From a virus (taxonomy: Duplodnaviria > Caudoviricetes): a stretch of 55,825 nt of DNA. The notes beneath the pieces are model-generated. The model saw only the letters and a program-made list of their open reading frames with translations, made no database searches and was not told where the DNA came from. Every line of letters starts with the position of its first letter. Positions within the stretch are counted from its first letter, which is position 1. A program made the translations under genes and the position numbers. Of this stretch, positions 44,601 through 50,757 are shown piece after piece. The stretch is from positions 1 through 55,825 of IMG/VR virus record IMGVR_UViG_3300017706_000806; one strand, written 5' to 3'.

Positions 44601-47312
44601 CATAAACTTGACATAAGCACTAAAATCATTTCTAAGCTTTGCTATTTTTCTTCTATCAAAAGAACCATCTTTAGTTAAATTTTTTGGATCACTTAAAATT
44701 TCTTTAATTGCTGATAGTTTTTTTATTTTTTCTTGTTTTTCTTTAACAAGATCTGTTTGAGATTTATCCTCTTTTAAGTTATCTATTTCAACCGCCAGAA
44801 AACTTAATTCCTTATCAATAGAGTCTTTATCTAATAATACAGTAATATCACTAGCACCCATATTCTCAAAAAGTGGATCTTTAGCAAGAGTTTCAAAAAT
44901 ACTATTTGATCTTTCTAGAGCTCTTTCAAAACCATCACGTGTAAACATAGCTAAGTAAGTGGCATGATCCCAACCTAACCTTGCTGTTAATTCTTCATTA
45001 TATTCTGTCTGCTGAGTTTTTCTATTGAATGCAGATTCATTAAAAGGATTTGGAAATTTATCTCTTAACTGAGTATAGTTTTCTTCCATCTTACCAATTT
45101 GACCAATCATATCCTGAAAACGCTCTCTTGTCTTACCAGACTTAATATCTTTTTTAGAAGTTGGAAAGGCTTCTGCTAATTCTTCATCTGAAAGCTTCAT
45201 GTAATCTTTCATTTGTTGCTCAAAATATTGCGCACCTCCTGTACTAATTACATCATATATTTGTTGAAACTTAGCATAATCTGCTTCATCAATATGATCA
45301 TAGATGCTTGCCATTGCTGCAGCTGTAGTTTGACCTTTAGAAATTTGATTTTGAATTAAAAAGCTAAACTTTTTTTGATCAAAAAGTTCTCCTTTTGTAG
45401 TGTATGCATCATTATAAGATTTTACAACACTATCAACAAATGCTTGCCTGTTTTCTTTATGCTTTTGATATCCTGCAGAATCAGTGGTTCTTTTATATAT
45501 AGCAGGTATACCTTGAAAAAATATTCTCTGAGGTACAGAAACAACACCACCCATTAAAAATCCTGACATGAATGTATCAAAACCTTGTGCGCTAAATTGA
45601 GAACGTACAGCAGAACTAAAGTTTTCATTAAACAAATCCATACCGCCAGCTAAAGGATCTTTTAATAAAGTAGTATAATAACCTTTTGTACCAACAGAAA
45701 TTGCTTCTTGCCCTAGTTCTTGTATCCCTTCTCCAAAGTTAGCAGCAAAATATCTAACAGTTCCACTAGCTGCCTTTTTTAAATTTCCTTTGACACCTGC
45801 ACTAATAAATGTTCTATATGCACCTCCTATACCAGTACCTGCATCTTTAAATGGATTTGTAACTGATTTAGTTTTAATAATTCTTCTTCCTACATCTGAT
45901 ACTTTATCATTCATCATTCTTGCAAATGACTTATTAAATCCTCCAAATGCATTACCTAATACAAGTTGATTTGTAGCAAATATAAGAGGTCCATTTATTA
46001 ATGTAGTTTTAAACGCAGCCTTAGATGCTTTATCCTGAATGTTAGTCATTTGCTCAGGAGTAATAGGTCTTCCAAAATTTTCTTGAGATAAGAGATCTGA
46101 ATTTTCTCTAATCATATCATTGTAAACCATACCTGCTTCAAGCTTGCTTTCTGCTAAGGCAAGGTTAAGTGATCTAAGATCCCTATAAAATCCACCAAAC
46201 AAAGTTGACTGTTTAGCTAAATTAGCTGCGTTCTGAGCACTATTGGCAGTGCTCTTTAACTTTCTAATAGCAGCAACTGTCTCAGGAGCAAAGAAGTTTA
46301 AAGCTGAGCCTGCAGTTACACCTTTTTGCATTGACCAAAAATCTCTAGCATTGTCTACTGACTTTAAAGATCTGACCATGTTTCTAGTTTGGCTAGCCAT
46401 TCTACCAACACTAAAACTATTTGCTATAGTTGAACCTATTTTTTTTAATCTTAACACATTCCTTGCGGTAGCAGTCATTAATGCTGCATCAGATACAGGA
46501 TTTAATCCTCCTTGTAAACCAGCAGCTGCTGCTAATGCTATTTCTTCTACTGCTATAGAAGATATGATACCCATAGTGTAAGCTGAATTTAATAACATAT
46601 TATTAGTCCACGCTAAAGCACCACCTCTTGTAGAATTACCAATAGCCATTGCATCAGCAAATTCATCAGCTGATTCCAAATCTGGACTAAAAGAACCACC
46701 GGTAAAATAATCTGCAATTGATCTGTAAGTGCTTTTAAAGCCAACTGCAGCTAAGGTGTAATACTCGCCCCACATTCTAGCATTATCTTCATATGCAGTA
46801 GTGTTAGCATTATAGTATGTTTCCATATCTGAATATGGAGTAAATCCTAATTCATTAAATTTTGGATGACTGTAGTATCTTAGAAAATTTGATTGACGTA
46901 TACCCGCATATACAGGAGCTACAATTTTTTTACCAGGTGCAGGTTCCTTATATACATCTGATGCATCCATTTCCATCAACCTGTTAAAGTATTCTGGATC
47001 TTGTTCATTAAGAGGATTCTGTTGTAATACAGGATCATATGTGTCTGTGGCTAGAGTTGGTCTCTTTAAACTCATATTACCATAAGAACCGCTTAAAGCA
47101 TACTCATTAATAAAAGGTTCTACTTCAGCCATTTCTTGTATTACAGAAAGATCTGCTGAGTCTATATATGCATCATACTCAGGAGTATTAAACATTTCCT
47201 CAATAGGAATGAATGGTAAGTCTTTATTTATTACACCACTAGTAACTTGACTATCCTTTATAGTTTGATCTAAACTATTATCTTGTGACTGATTATCCAT
47301 CTGCATATCCAA
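32688..47312 (-). CDS. Giant virion polyprotein containing crAss-type virion DNA-dependent RNA polymerase and zincin protease domain
   Basis: 4874 aa. RIPSQ...GADFDIDK catalytic loop (35943-35957), DAQ and TDDAK motifs, HEAFH...EEYLA (40617-40631), and hydrophobic Gly/Ala-rich N-terminal segments. Confidence 0.92.
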   Translation of the reverse strand: MDMQMDNQSQDNSLDQTIKDSQVTSGVINKDLPFIPIEEMFNTPEYDAYIDSADLSVIQEMAEVEPFINEYALSGSYGNMSLKRPTLATDTYDPVLQQNPLNEQDPEYFNRLMEMDASDVYKEPAPGKKIVAPVYAGIRQSNFLRYYSHPKFNELGFTPYSDMETYYNANTTAYEDNARMWGEYYTLAAVGFKSTYRSIADYFTGGSFSPDLESADEFADAMAIGNSTRGGALAWTNNMLLNSAYTMGIISSIAVEEIALAAAAGLQGGLNPVSDAALMTATARNVLRLKKIGSTIANSFSVGRMASQTRNMVRSLKSVDNARDFWSMQKGVTAGSALNFFAPETVAAIRKLKSTANSAQNAANLAKQSTLFGGFYRDLRSLNLALAESKLEAGMVYNDMIRENSDLLSQENFGRPITPEQMTNIQDKASKAAFKTTLINGPLIFATNQLVLGNAFGGFNKSFARMMNDKVSDVGRRIIKTKSVTNPFKDAGTGIGGAYRTFISAGVKGNLKKAASGTVRYFAANFGEGIQELGQEAISVGTKGYYTTLLKDPLAGGMDLFNENFSSAVRSQFSAQGFDTFMSGFLMGGVVSVPQRIFFQGIPAIYKRTTDSAGYQKHKENRQAFVDSVVKSYNDAYTTKGELFDQKKFSFLIQNQISKGQTTAAAMASIYDHIDEADYAKFQQIYDVISTGGAQYFEQQMKDYMKLSDEELAEAFPTSKKDIKSGKTRERFQDMIGQIGKMEENYTQLRDKFPNPFNESAFNRKTQQTEYNEELTARLGWDHATYLAMFTRDGFERALERSNSIFETLAKDPLFENMGASDITVLLDKDSIDKELSFLAVEIDNLKEDKSQTDLVKEKQEKIKKLSAIKEILSDPKNLTKDGSFDRRKIAKLRNDFSAYVKFMAKKSGSFVNQDAIDEALKLIVDHGALEGRAKVYNKTIEALANPEKFKEVFERSKTEIKAIYRNKEKIFRESLDKYLNTVEQNRLFNEIDSVEGEFGTPIPEIQDVIQFASTNNVEDLAVFYNERGIISPQNDPVAFNEINRLKAIYAKAAAPTQEEVKSATEEAQTAENRQDIQDIIKDIDVEIPAGESKVLTSILKRAYRKYERTQAIIRKKSLKYKDWVNTQEGEAYREAYTAIKKIWINNDREVLSADRQLTQEQINNDAGLMNWLTSLEGRNNDLVGQVLDTLNISLADISGQDITLSETGENLEGNSNYRIEPELRGSVISVRTKKMADAEGNISDVYEIIDSKTGEKISGDMLQAAGVASDINFFNEKDKAKDAWKLLKINMPSDGTFDFDGIEGLSFGTKVYSLTEKDDNGNPAEYIIFSNSDNVIRRERLTLIPASAVSLSSQEKKDNGVYINLKAGQFGEFYQLEDKDFQLLPASVSRITYSEPVTPYGGKNPGENNWAAAKDRYYKILNVLSYEDIKTLEFVVMKDPEGGLTTTQYSNGNLEPNPYIINKKSKYQIGIRTSSSAVQSKIDALFSSNDSDGKPNAFVKLDNDGVDTKIFAYMPNDSFQFFGGVDPMALTRQQLNQVIGSTEKLKSKLTKAQILDKVRDNWTKQGLLISEVDRLMENVPDGSFLTITQNDLSEGLFFNSILGNVVYDKEARSIKDLVNEGAADNSGNYLIYQLEQGSTGRGRIPISNLSGTELEALENKVENAIGKSELNSNLLQGSDAYKAVVLLPDGTYRMVPLKSQFLSPESLDTLLVEVFERAQLTQKENKDGKNPTFNNQFNEELRKDKIDPKTNQIIRDGLFISGYGNLNISLQVDMYGKVQLQVLTGEQRFYFTLDKSEVNSKATLKAKLNTLLAKANQSDLFKNSTSSAEAGNKKGLVLSTNNFKKSYGREVGINELIEKTGTNAKPQVAGVSKIEIGADSASIQAKKIATATQSTKTLEQIAEESNTAEINSEKKFEDDNVVLKKETFTVNQENGFTVEVTVKTYLDGSLDRAESVFFDADGNKDRETKQRLADNDIVIRDGLTAEELVVAAFGGIVKKTSEISGAEINNPKKIAQLTIEQKQKLGIETVETLTSEVTEKEFREFTDNATVSDARINAIANKIKAGKELTAQEQAMREEKAEQVEEILKEDTTSSEVTELEKLNQKLDTLKDKLVAGEDIKKHRKILKKSAEYQKLLKEIKNFGNIANKIAPALTQKDVEDIDVFVAWASENLPDFISIEDINTLGNNMKSGGVRVGAFGLNLNHLAGGLNISGTLYTGANSPYRYHEAFHGVFRMLLTDAEINKYLSFARKEVRANLRAEGKNFEQELNKFRKSADTYSNMSRSRLEQEYYEEYLANEFEKFKANPRSSKTDSSVKSFFTRILEWIKSFFNSYNKNELLTLFENIDGGKYRTSATMLNQFTTGLSSGVTLEANALIPYKKITDKDSNNEGYLYLDSSIADPLIRSIAAMYLSRVSKVTKPNTNRGDILEEVIDDFYQLYNSESDVNKERSETQKEILDSITNAFDNYDDSIKDQVYDILNVIDGQIAEEEYNTEYFEDAVGVRASSQWNTDASLIGGINSTPRMIRAYIATTTMDATDFFGNKELIKDKEPLIIPVPFTEVYNGLLKSVKNITDPKKMLQTMYFFGQENAATGAVVARILQDIGVSTETLLNDSPLPKMQDPLLFQSITKAFENFRVDYLFTQRDLLGNIITYSAAQRDDINSQVDEWSQAWNDAFKKIKSNTSTASKAEKTLVELIGLLNQTDKKSSRAATEDARKYSKLLFDLTGIRISAQYLKYSILYNRVEAGNVFSETIENEDGTKTTEVDHEQKALVDLHKYEDEPLTSQVIREMYTLVRDKENIFSDGEDGMRSRLVKIAQGNAPFDETIGLSVFRNTEGNLVYAHQKPTFHLKQIEALNNPATLESKKEDLYLENNHLLNNPAFIEMSNQKRQRVIRVAGTKVGELNSTEEEINENISGVSYKSTYGNFTPQEFASSLINSYTALVNTKSNKVDYVEVIDPITNERLKVALAPSLIRVLESSNTGDMMYMPIIRAVEFESGNSGAVKITDNAIDVYINSIDTEYKRIQRESNPDTKTEEQIVGYNIEGYNEEGKPLPMKAYTLHNSSLLLTSDLKNNLEEIAKRFDGTTLEQALLERDVTMDQLKSEVREKLDLQFEEFKSELEGLGVDMQISQKIKQGLIGKSGKATPALVESNYLLNLTDDFDYNLKQIFLNDWINTQAINEIFLGDQAVTLKNGVDAIKRAKAQNAAYISAYSSISAPEQGINHSVDDISLIAIEEIKEISALTGNNIDVADAQMWMTPKASRYMSFGFGQLTPSIAALYDKIDQGEEVTSWQMFGESAKVVKLEEETYIVKGKKIFDNDNVEVLIDDSKARTEVLELAKKEKPIRLDGYVNQDNAMLNSKKLVYFDGTTFIKMSAFMLSRQLTSNPIGTDENGTTIYEAKPNREGLHNLLNRLEEIESKKETLGIAAPESALKMLKQRVQPLDRINQDKPFNEKDYTTLSAMDMGLQSATPSNKLESIDPTQIKALVTSEQIDSTPIPGMGLNEKGEVMKVGDVRRLYNEAISRRVEINFKNKRNLIFTFNGAMDELAISKDKGELTPNLTAFLRYATEGLKASQSSSQLLEFFSTEEGEQKYNLNNPITVNKFEQLFLSYLSKGSLAEKQPGLSLTLVSDFGMKVYRRVFSVDENGIPDRSEIIREKVWDKITNKPDIVEFDTLSRSNFPKEGLVVIDRLRSDVKEYDSNGEFTGLRYTEMLMPAHFQSVMDLIENGGMEMPDVLSKMFGIRIPSQDNHSTVNIKHVDFLPAFYGSSASFAQELVEISGADFDIDKVYAQIKDFYVKDRKFVEYGKAENTEDKYDEYINYVNEKVGKPGTTYSEAYNLFNKSEQSAEMQNIEDTAEDEVASEAGLSESGIKALRILGLPISLEEYKKYLEKYGEPYQAPMNNRILDYKYALMGNTAVTEDTVGEELPISYQPAALDILKSELQGLINLSTGETRNLFAKRDAEDSIDINNLLGKINAFKNNKGAAIGAIVSPNVNLSLLTEYDVSIEDKSKIININGVSYDNFGVLREKITKDKDGLRKQDIISSLITMATDDAKERLVAKLGLNRSALNLVGNLTALGVPIRTSLLLVNNPTIQKIYDKALNKVEKLDPGVKKLATAAIEELRTPANRDLSLVPLTDELLYEAIENEEDLSDIEKISILTEFLKGVEIQEFTRKMSSVSNLTTGLGKDISAVNKKKADINSLLEPQILLSKSGKTKQIKPMMDLSKIYKSETWQSKYIEIFNQVVDQILPATFLSASTPFQSILNTTLQDVNQNNIEFNEEALAAVSRDLLSYVTIKAYQHNQLKSENNSQFVANLDNNFIYPLPEIESVNSIVKLVDKLRAREDMQDNFFLNSFVQVKSANDISNQTGMNLAEANTFLSMNPLQKVDLQTSFAKIYGTADTRSDALSIVNYMMVKDGLQLKYGSLLDAVSPFIMNDFLSQIDTANQGLRDASDEKMMSTFGLTFDEFEKEFVDGYMQSNVNNALLNTYTVVTNMDANKDTTSTIRKINRKDKSLVFERNESEGFNYIRVNYTDNVSSFYVTYIRSEVDTGEQLNEGGITDTFVEVSTYGSNQQSGIGFMFGKRPTYAENRAYVSEKNLSPNQPVQDQTFTEDQESQQDQIRERLLKDESANIEATSDTLKVNGKPIDEVTETDVEDNSVSAAGLMDLLNSPAQPTQQASEVETITYTPKGKEKQTYTVRGNKFFNKKGVEVFKESSVDRNKLAGNLAVQRGQAQVVEYLGKKYLVNKDNKIMSVTTGKIMKWGEDNGNRKAVLKLVQPISGTKNELLETEESVTSLDSQLYNQLKLQLEDPYTEIVDYWNKNIKNNADLLTKLKAQNILSLNDLIESRKNNNIYTSDEQFLESLGCL
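41014..41207. repeat. 14-bp direct repeat flanking a 180-bp in-frame module
   Basis: TCTGTAACCTCACT at 41014-41027 and 41194-41207. Confidence 0.8.
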
Positions 47313-47323
47313 GTTATTTCTTA

Positions 47324-50300
47324 TTATTGTTTTTTAGCATTTAGCTTATGATCTTTAGACTTAGCAAGGCTATATCTTTTACCTGCTTGAGTAAAAACAC
47401 CTTGGACCCATTCAGACTCTAAACGAAGTGCTTCTGCAGGACCTTGCTCATCTATCTTAATATTTTTAGATAATGGTTGTGATGTTGTAAATGTACCACC
47501 TTGTACATAATTATTAAACTGCCAATTTAATTGGTATTCCATATCACCATTTCTAACAAATCTATATGTACCAATCACATCACCGTCCTCATTAAGAAAT
47601 GCTGGTGGTTCATAGTAATTATTAGGGTTAGCTGCAATTTCAGCTAATATAGGTGAACTAAACTCTAAAGATTGCATGTTAGACCTAGGACTTACATCAT
47701 CTATTTGTTCAAATACAACAGATACACCATTTTCAAGTTTTTCAAAATCACTAGATTTAATAGAACCATATTGTTTTTCAGGATCAGCTCCTCCTTTAAC
47801 TTTAGAAGCTAACCAATCTTTATTAAATATAATTCTATAACCTGCTGTAGTTTTATCACCATCAGCCGGTGCACCATAAACTGGTGAATATTCTATTGTG
47901 GCTCTTGGTATTGATGACAATGTATTAGAAGCTTTTGGATTTGAAAGGTAACTCACTAAATCCGCTCTAAACATTCTTAAAACCTCTTCACCTACATTAA
48001 AAGCTTCAGCATCTGAAAGATCTGAATCTTTAAAATCATTAAGAGATCCTTGTATATATTTTGGTGCTATACCACGTGCTTCTAATTCTGACATTTGTCT
48101 AAATAAATCTGCTGCCATTTGGTCTGCAAAAGGATTAAGTCCTTTAGCATCAATATCAGCAATGTATGTAGGATTACTAGATAAACCTGCATTACTTTCA
48201 GAAGCTCCCCTCATCATACTTTCAAGAGTAGCTGTCTTATAAGCATCACCATAGTTACCAGTAAGGGCCTGATTCATATTCTTTTTTTCTGCCTTATAAA
48301 ACATACCTGCCTCATTTCTTATACTTTTTTCATCAATTTCTTTTGCACGTGTATAATTTCCTCTTGGTTTTCTTTCTGGAGCTCTAACTCTTTCTCCTGT
48401 GTCATCATCTATAAAATATACAACACCTGTTTTAAAGGATTGATCAGTTGATCCTTTAAGTCGTCCTTCTTCTAAGGTTGAATAAACATGATTCATAACA
48501 GTCCTAGTTTTACCATTAGGTAATGTCACTGTCTCTGGCACAAAATTATACCACTCCATCTGTTTACGTTCATCCTTTAAATATTTTTTGTTATTATTAT
48601 TATCCCACCCAGTTGAATTGTAATTAGTAAGTTTGCCTTCCTTAGCTAGTTTAACTGCCATATCTCCATGCTGTGTTCTAGTCATTGGAAAAAATGTACC
48701 ATCATCTAACTTTTCCCATATACCAGGCATTCCATTTTTGTCAAATCCTGCAGCGTCAGAATTCTCTGCAAATGTTTTAGTTCTAGCTGCATCATAAGTT
48801 TGTTTCTGAATTCTTAATGCACCTTTTAGAAATTGACTAAGTTTAACTTCCTCTCCATCTAAAGCCTGCATCCCTTGTCTAAGACTAAGAAAAGATTTTG
48901 ACTTTTGAATATCTGGATACTTTGCCTCTAAACCATCTTTATCGGCTGAGTTATACATTTTATTTGAATAGTCCTTATAAAGCTCATTAATAAGTTTTTC
49001 ATTAGCTGTAGCTGCAAAATCCTTTTCTTGTCTAGAAACACCACCCATTCCTGATGAAGCACTTGCTATCTGAGTAGGAGCTATTAATGTTGTTTTAACC
49101 TCCTCAATAGTTCCGGTAAATACTTTACCACTAGCGTCTGTATATGAATATCTTTGACTACCGTCATTACCATTTGGTTCTAACATCGTCATGTATTTTG
49201 CTATAGCATCAACTTTATCTGAATAAAGCCTATCTGTTTTTGTATTATACGCTTTTATAGTCTCCTCATAAACTACATCAAAATCAGGGTTTGGCTTACC
49301 ATCTTTTGATTTAGCATCAGTAGCAGCCGGATCACCAGCTCTCTTTCTTTCATCTTTAAGAACCTTAGATAAAGAATTACCCTCTTCATCAAACATCAGT
49401 TCTCCCTTTTCTTTTGCTAGTTGTCTTCTATTAACTTGTTTAATGGCTTCTAAATTTCTAGCATTTCTAGCTGCATTATCTTGCAAAGTCTTTTTATACC
49501 TATACTTTGAATATGGTGTCTCTACTAGTTTTGCTTCAAACTCCCGCATACTAAATATTTTAGCAGCCGTTATCATGTCACCCATCATGTTAGCACCCAT
49601 CAACAATTGATAAGCTCTATTTAGTGAAGCTTGTGAACCTTCCCCAATAGGCTTGCGAGCAAGATCTTGAACTTGCATCTGATTGTTTAATTCAGCTTTC
49701 ATTGCTTCATAAGCATTCATCTGCTTCTTCATTGTTTTGTCCTGATCAGAACCAGGAATAATACCATTGTTCTTATGATAATCATCCCATCTAAGATTTA
49801 TATTTTCTAATTCTTGTACCTTAGCTTGAGTTTTAGATAAACGTGCATTATTATTTGCTTCTATTCTACTGATGGTTTCTGCAGCCCATGCTTGTTGTCC
49901 TTCTTGAACAGATGTAAAATCTCCAGCAGCAATACCTTCTGCTGCAAAATCTCTACTTTGTACATATGATTGAGTCTGATATGCTCTTTGTATTCTGGGA
50001 TCATCTTGTAAAGTCTTCATCAAATATTCTTTAGCTGGACCTACAACTAAATCACCATTTTGCTGTTCAATATTCCACATTGGATCAATTGTGCCATCAG
50101 GATTTTTTTTAGTGACAGTAACCTTCATTTTTAAAGGAGGCTTCATTTCACCTAAAATCTTCTGAGCAGTTTCAACTAAGTCTGCATCTTCAACATATTT
50201 TGGTAATCCAAAATTTAATGCCTGATCAGGAGTAGCATTTACAAAATCATCCATTTTATATTGCAATGCTTTTACACCAGGACCCCACCATTTTTCTCTT

Positions 50301-50698
50301 TGCTCTCTATTTTGGCTATCTAATAATCTATTAGCATAATCCATTTCTTTTCTATAAGCAGAAGTAAAAACTACATCTCTAACCATTAGTTTATCTTCAA
50401 AGAAAGGTGCAAAAACTGCTTTAGCAGAATCTGCATTTTGAGCAAGTGACAAATCCATGCCAGCAATTTTTTCAAGAGAGGGTGCTAAATTGTCAACATA
50501 CTGATCTCTACGTTCTTTATTATCTTCTCTAGACAAATCAGCATACACTACTTTGTTATAAACATCATTAGTAGCCTTAAAATTAGTAGAGTACTTATCT
50601 TGTCTAACATCTAAAACAGCAGACAAAAATTTATAATCCGGTGTAAACGGTTGAATGTCTGGTAAAATATTTTTTGCTCCTGGTACGTATGTTGCCAT
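47324..50698 (-). CDS. Virion cargo/ejection protein
   Basis: 1124 aa, helical, no Cys found, immediately upstream of the vRNAP gene. N-terminal QPFTPD motif. Confidence 0.7.
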   Translation of the reverse strand: MATYVPGAKNILPDIQPFTPDYKFLSAVLDVRQDKYSTNFKATNDVYNKVVYADLSREDNKERRDQYVDNLAPSLEKIAGMDLSLAQNADSAKAVFAPFFEDKLMVRDVVFTSAYRKEMDYANRLLDSQNREQREKWWGPGVKALQYKMDDFVNATPDQALNFGLPKYVEDADLVETAQKILGEMKPPLKMKVTVTKKNPDGTIDPMWNIEQQNGDLVVGPAKEYLMKTLQDDPRIQRAYQTQSYVQSRDFAAEGIAAGDFTSVQEGQQAWAAETISRIEANNNARLSKTQAKVQELENINLRWDDYHKNNGIIPGSDQDKTMKKQMNAYEAMKAELNNQMQVQDLARKPIGEGSQASLNRAYQLLMGANMMGDMITAAKIFSMREFEAKLVETPYSKYRYKKTLQDNAARNARNLEAIKQVNRRQLAKEKGELMFDEEGNSLSKVLKDERKRAGDPAATDAKSKDGKPNPDFDVVYEETIKAYNTKTDRLYSDKVDAIAKYMTMLEPNGNDGSQRYSYTDASGKVFTGTIEEVKTTLIAPTQIASASSGMGGVSRQEKDFAATANEKLINELYKDYSNKMYNSADKDGLEAKYPDIQKSKSFLSLRQGMQALDGEEVKLSQFLKGALRIQKQTYDAARTKTFAENSDAAGFDKNGMPGIWEKLDDGTFFPMTRTQHGDMAVKLAKEGKLTNYNSTGWDNNNNKKYLKDERKQMEWYNFVPETVTLPNGKTRTVMNHVYSTLEEGRLKGSTDQSFKTGVVYFIDDDTGERVRAPERKPRGNYTRAKEIDEKSIRNEAGMFYKAEKKNMNQALTGNYGDAYKTATLESMMRGASESNAGLSSNPTYIADIDAKGLNPFADQMAADLFRQMSELEARGIAPKYIQGSLNDFKDSDLSDAEAFNVGEEVLRMFRADLVSYLSNPKASNTLSSIPRATIEYSPVYGAPADGDKTTAGYRIIFNKDWLASKVKGGADPEKQYGSIKSSDFEKLENGVSVVFEQIDDVSPRSNMQSLEFSSPILAEIAANPNNYYEPPAFLNEDGDVIGTYRFVRNGDMEYQLNWQFNNYVQGGTFTTSQPLSKNIKIDEQGPAEALRLESEWVQGVFTQAGKRYSLAKSKDHKLNAKKQ

Positions 50699-50702
50699 AA
50701 TG

Positions 50703-50733
50703 TAAAATTACTATAATTTATTAAGTTTAACAA
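50703..50733 (-). promoter_or_regulatory. Bacteroidota-type promoter for the cargo/vRNAP operon
   Basis: TTG (50733-31) -N20- TAATTTTA (50710-03). Confidence 0.55.
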
Positions 50734-50757
50734 GATCAATTTTAAAACCCTTAAGGT

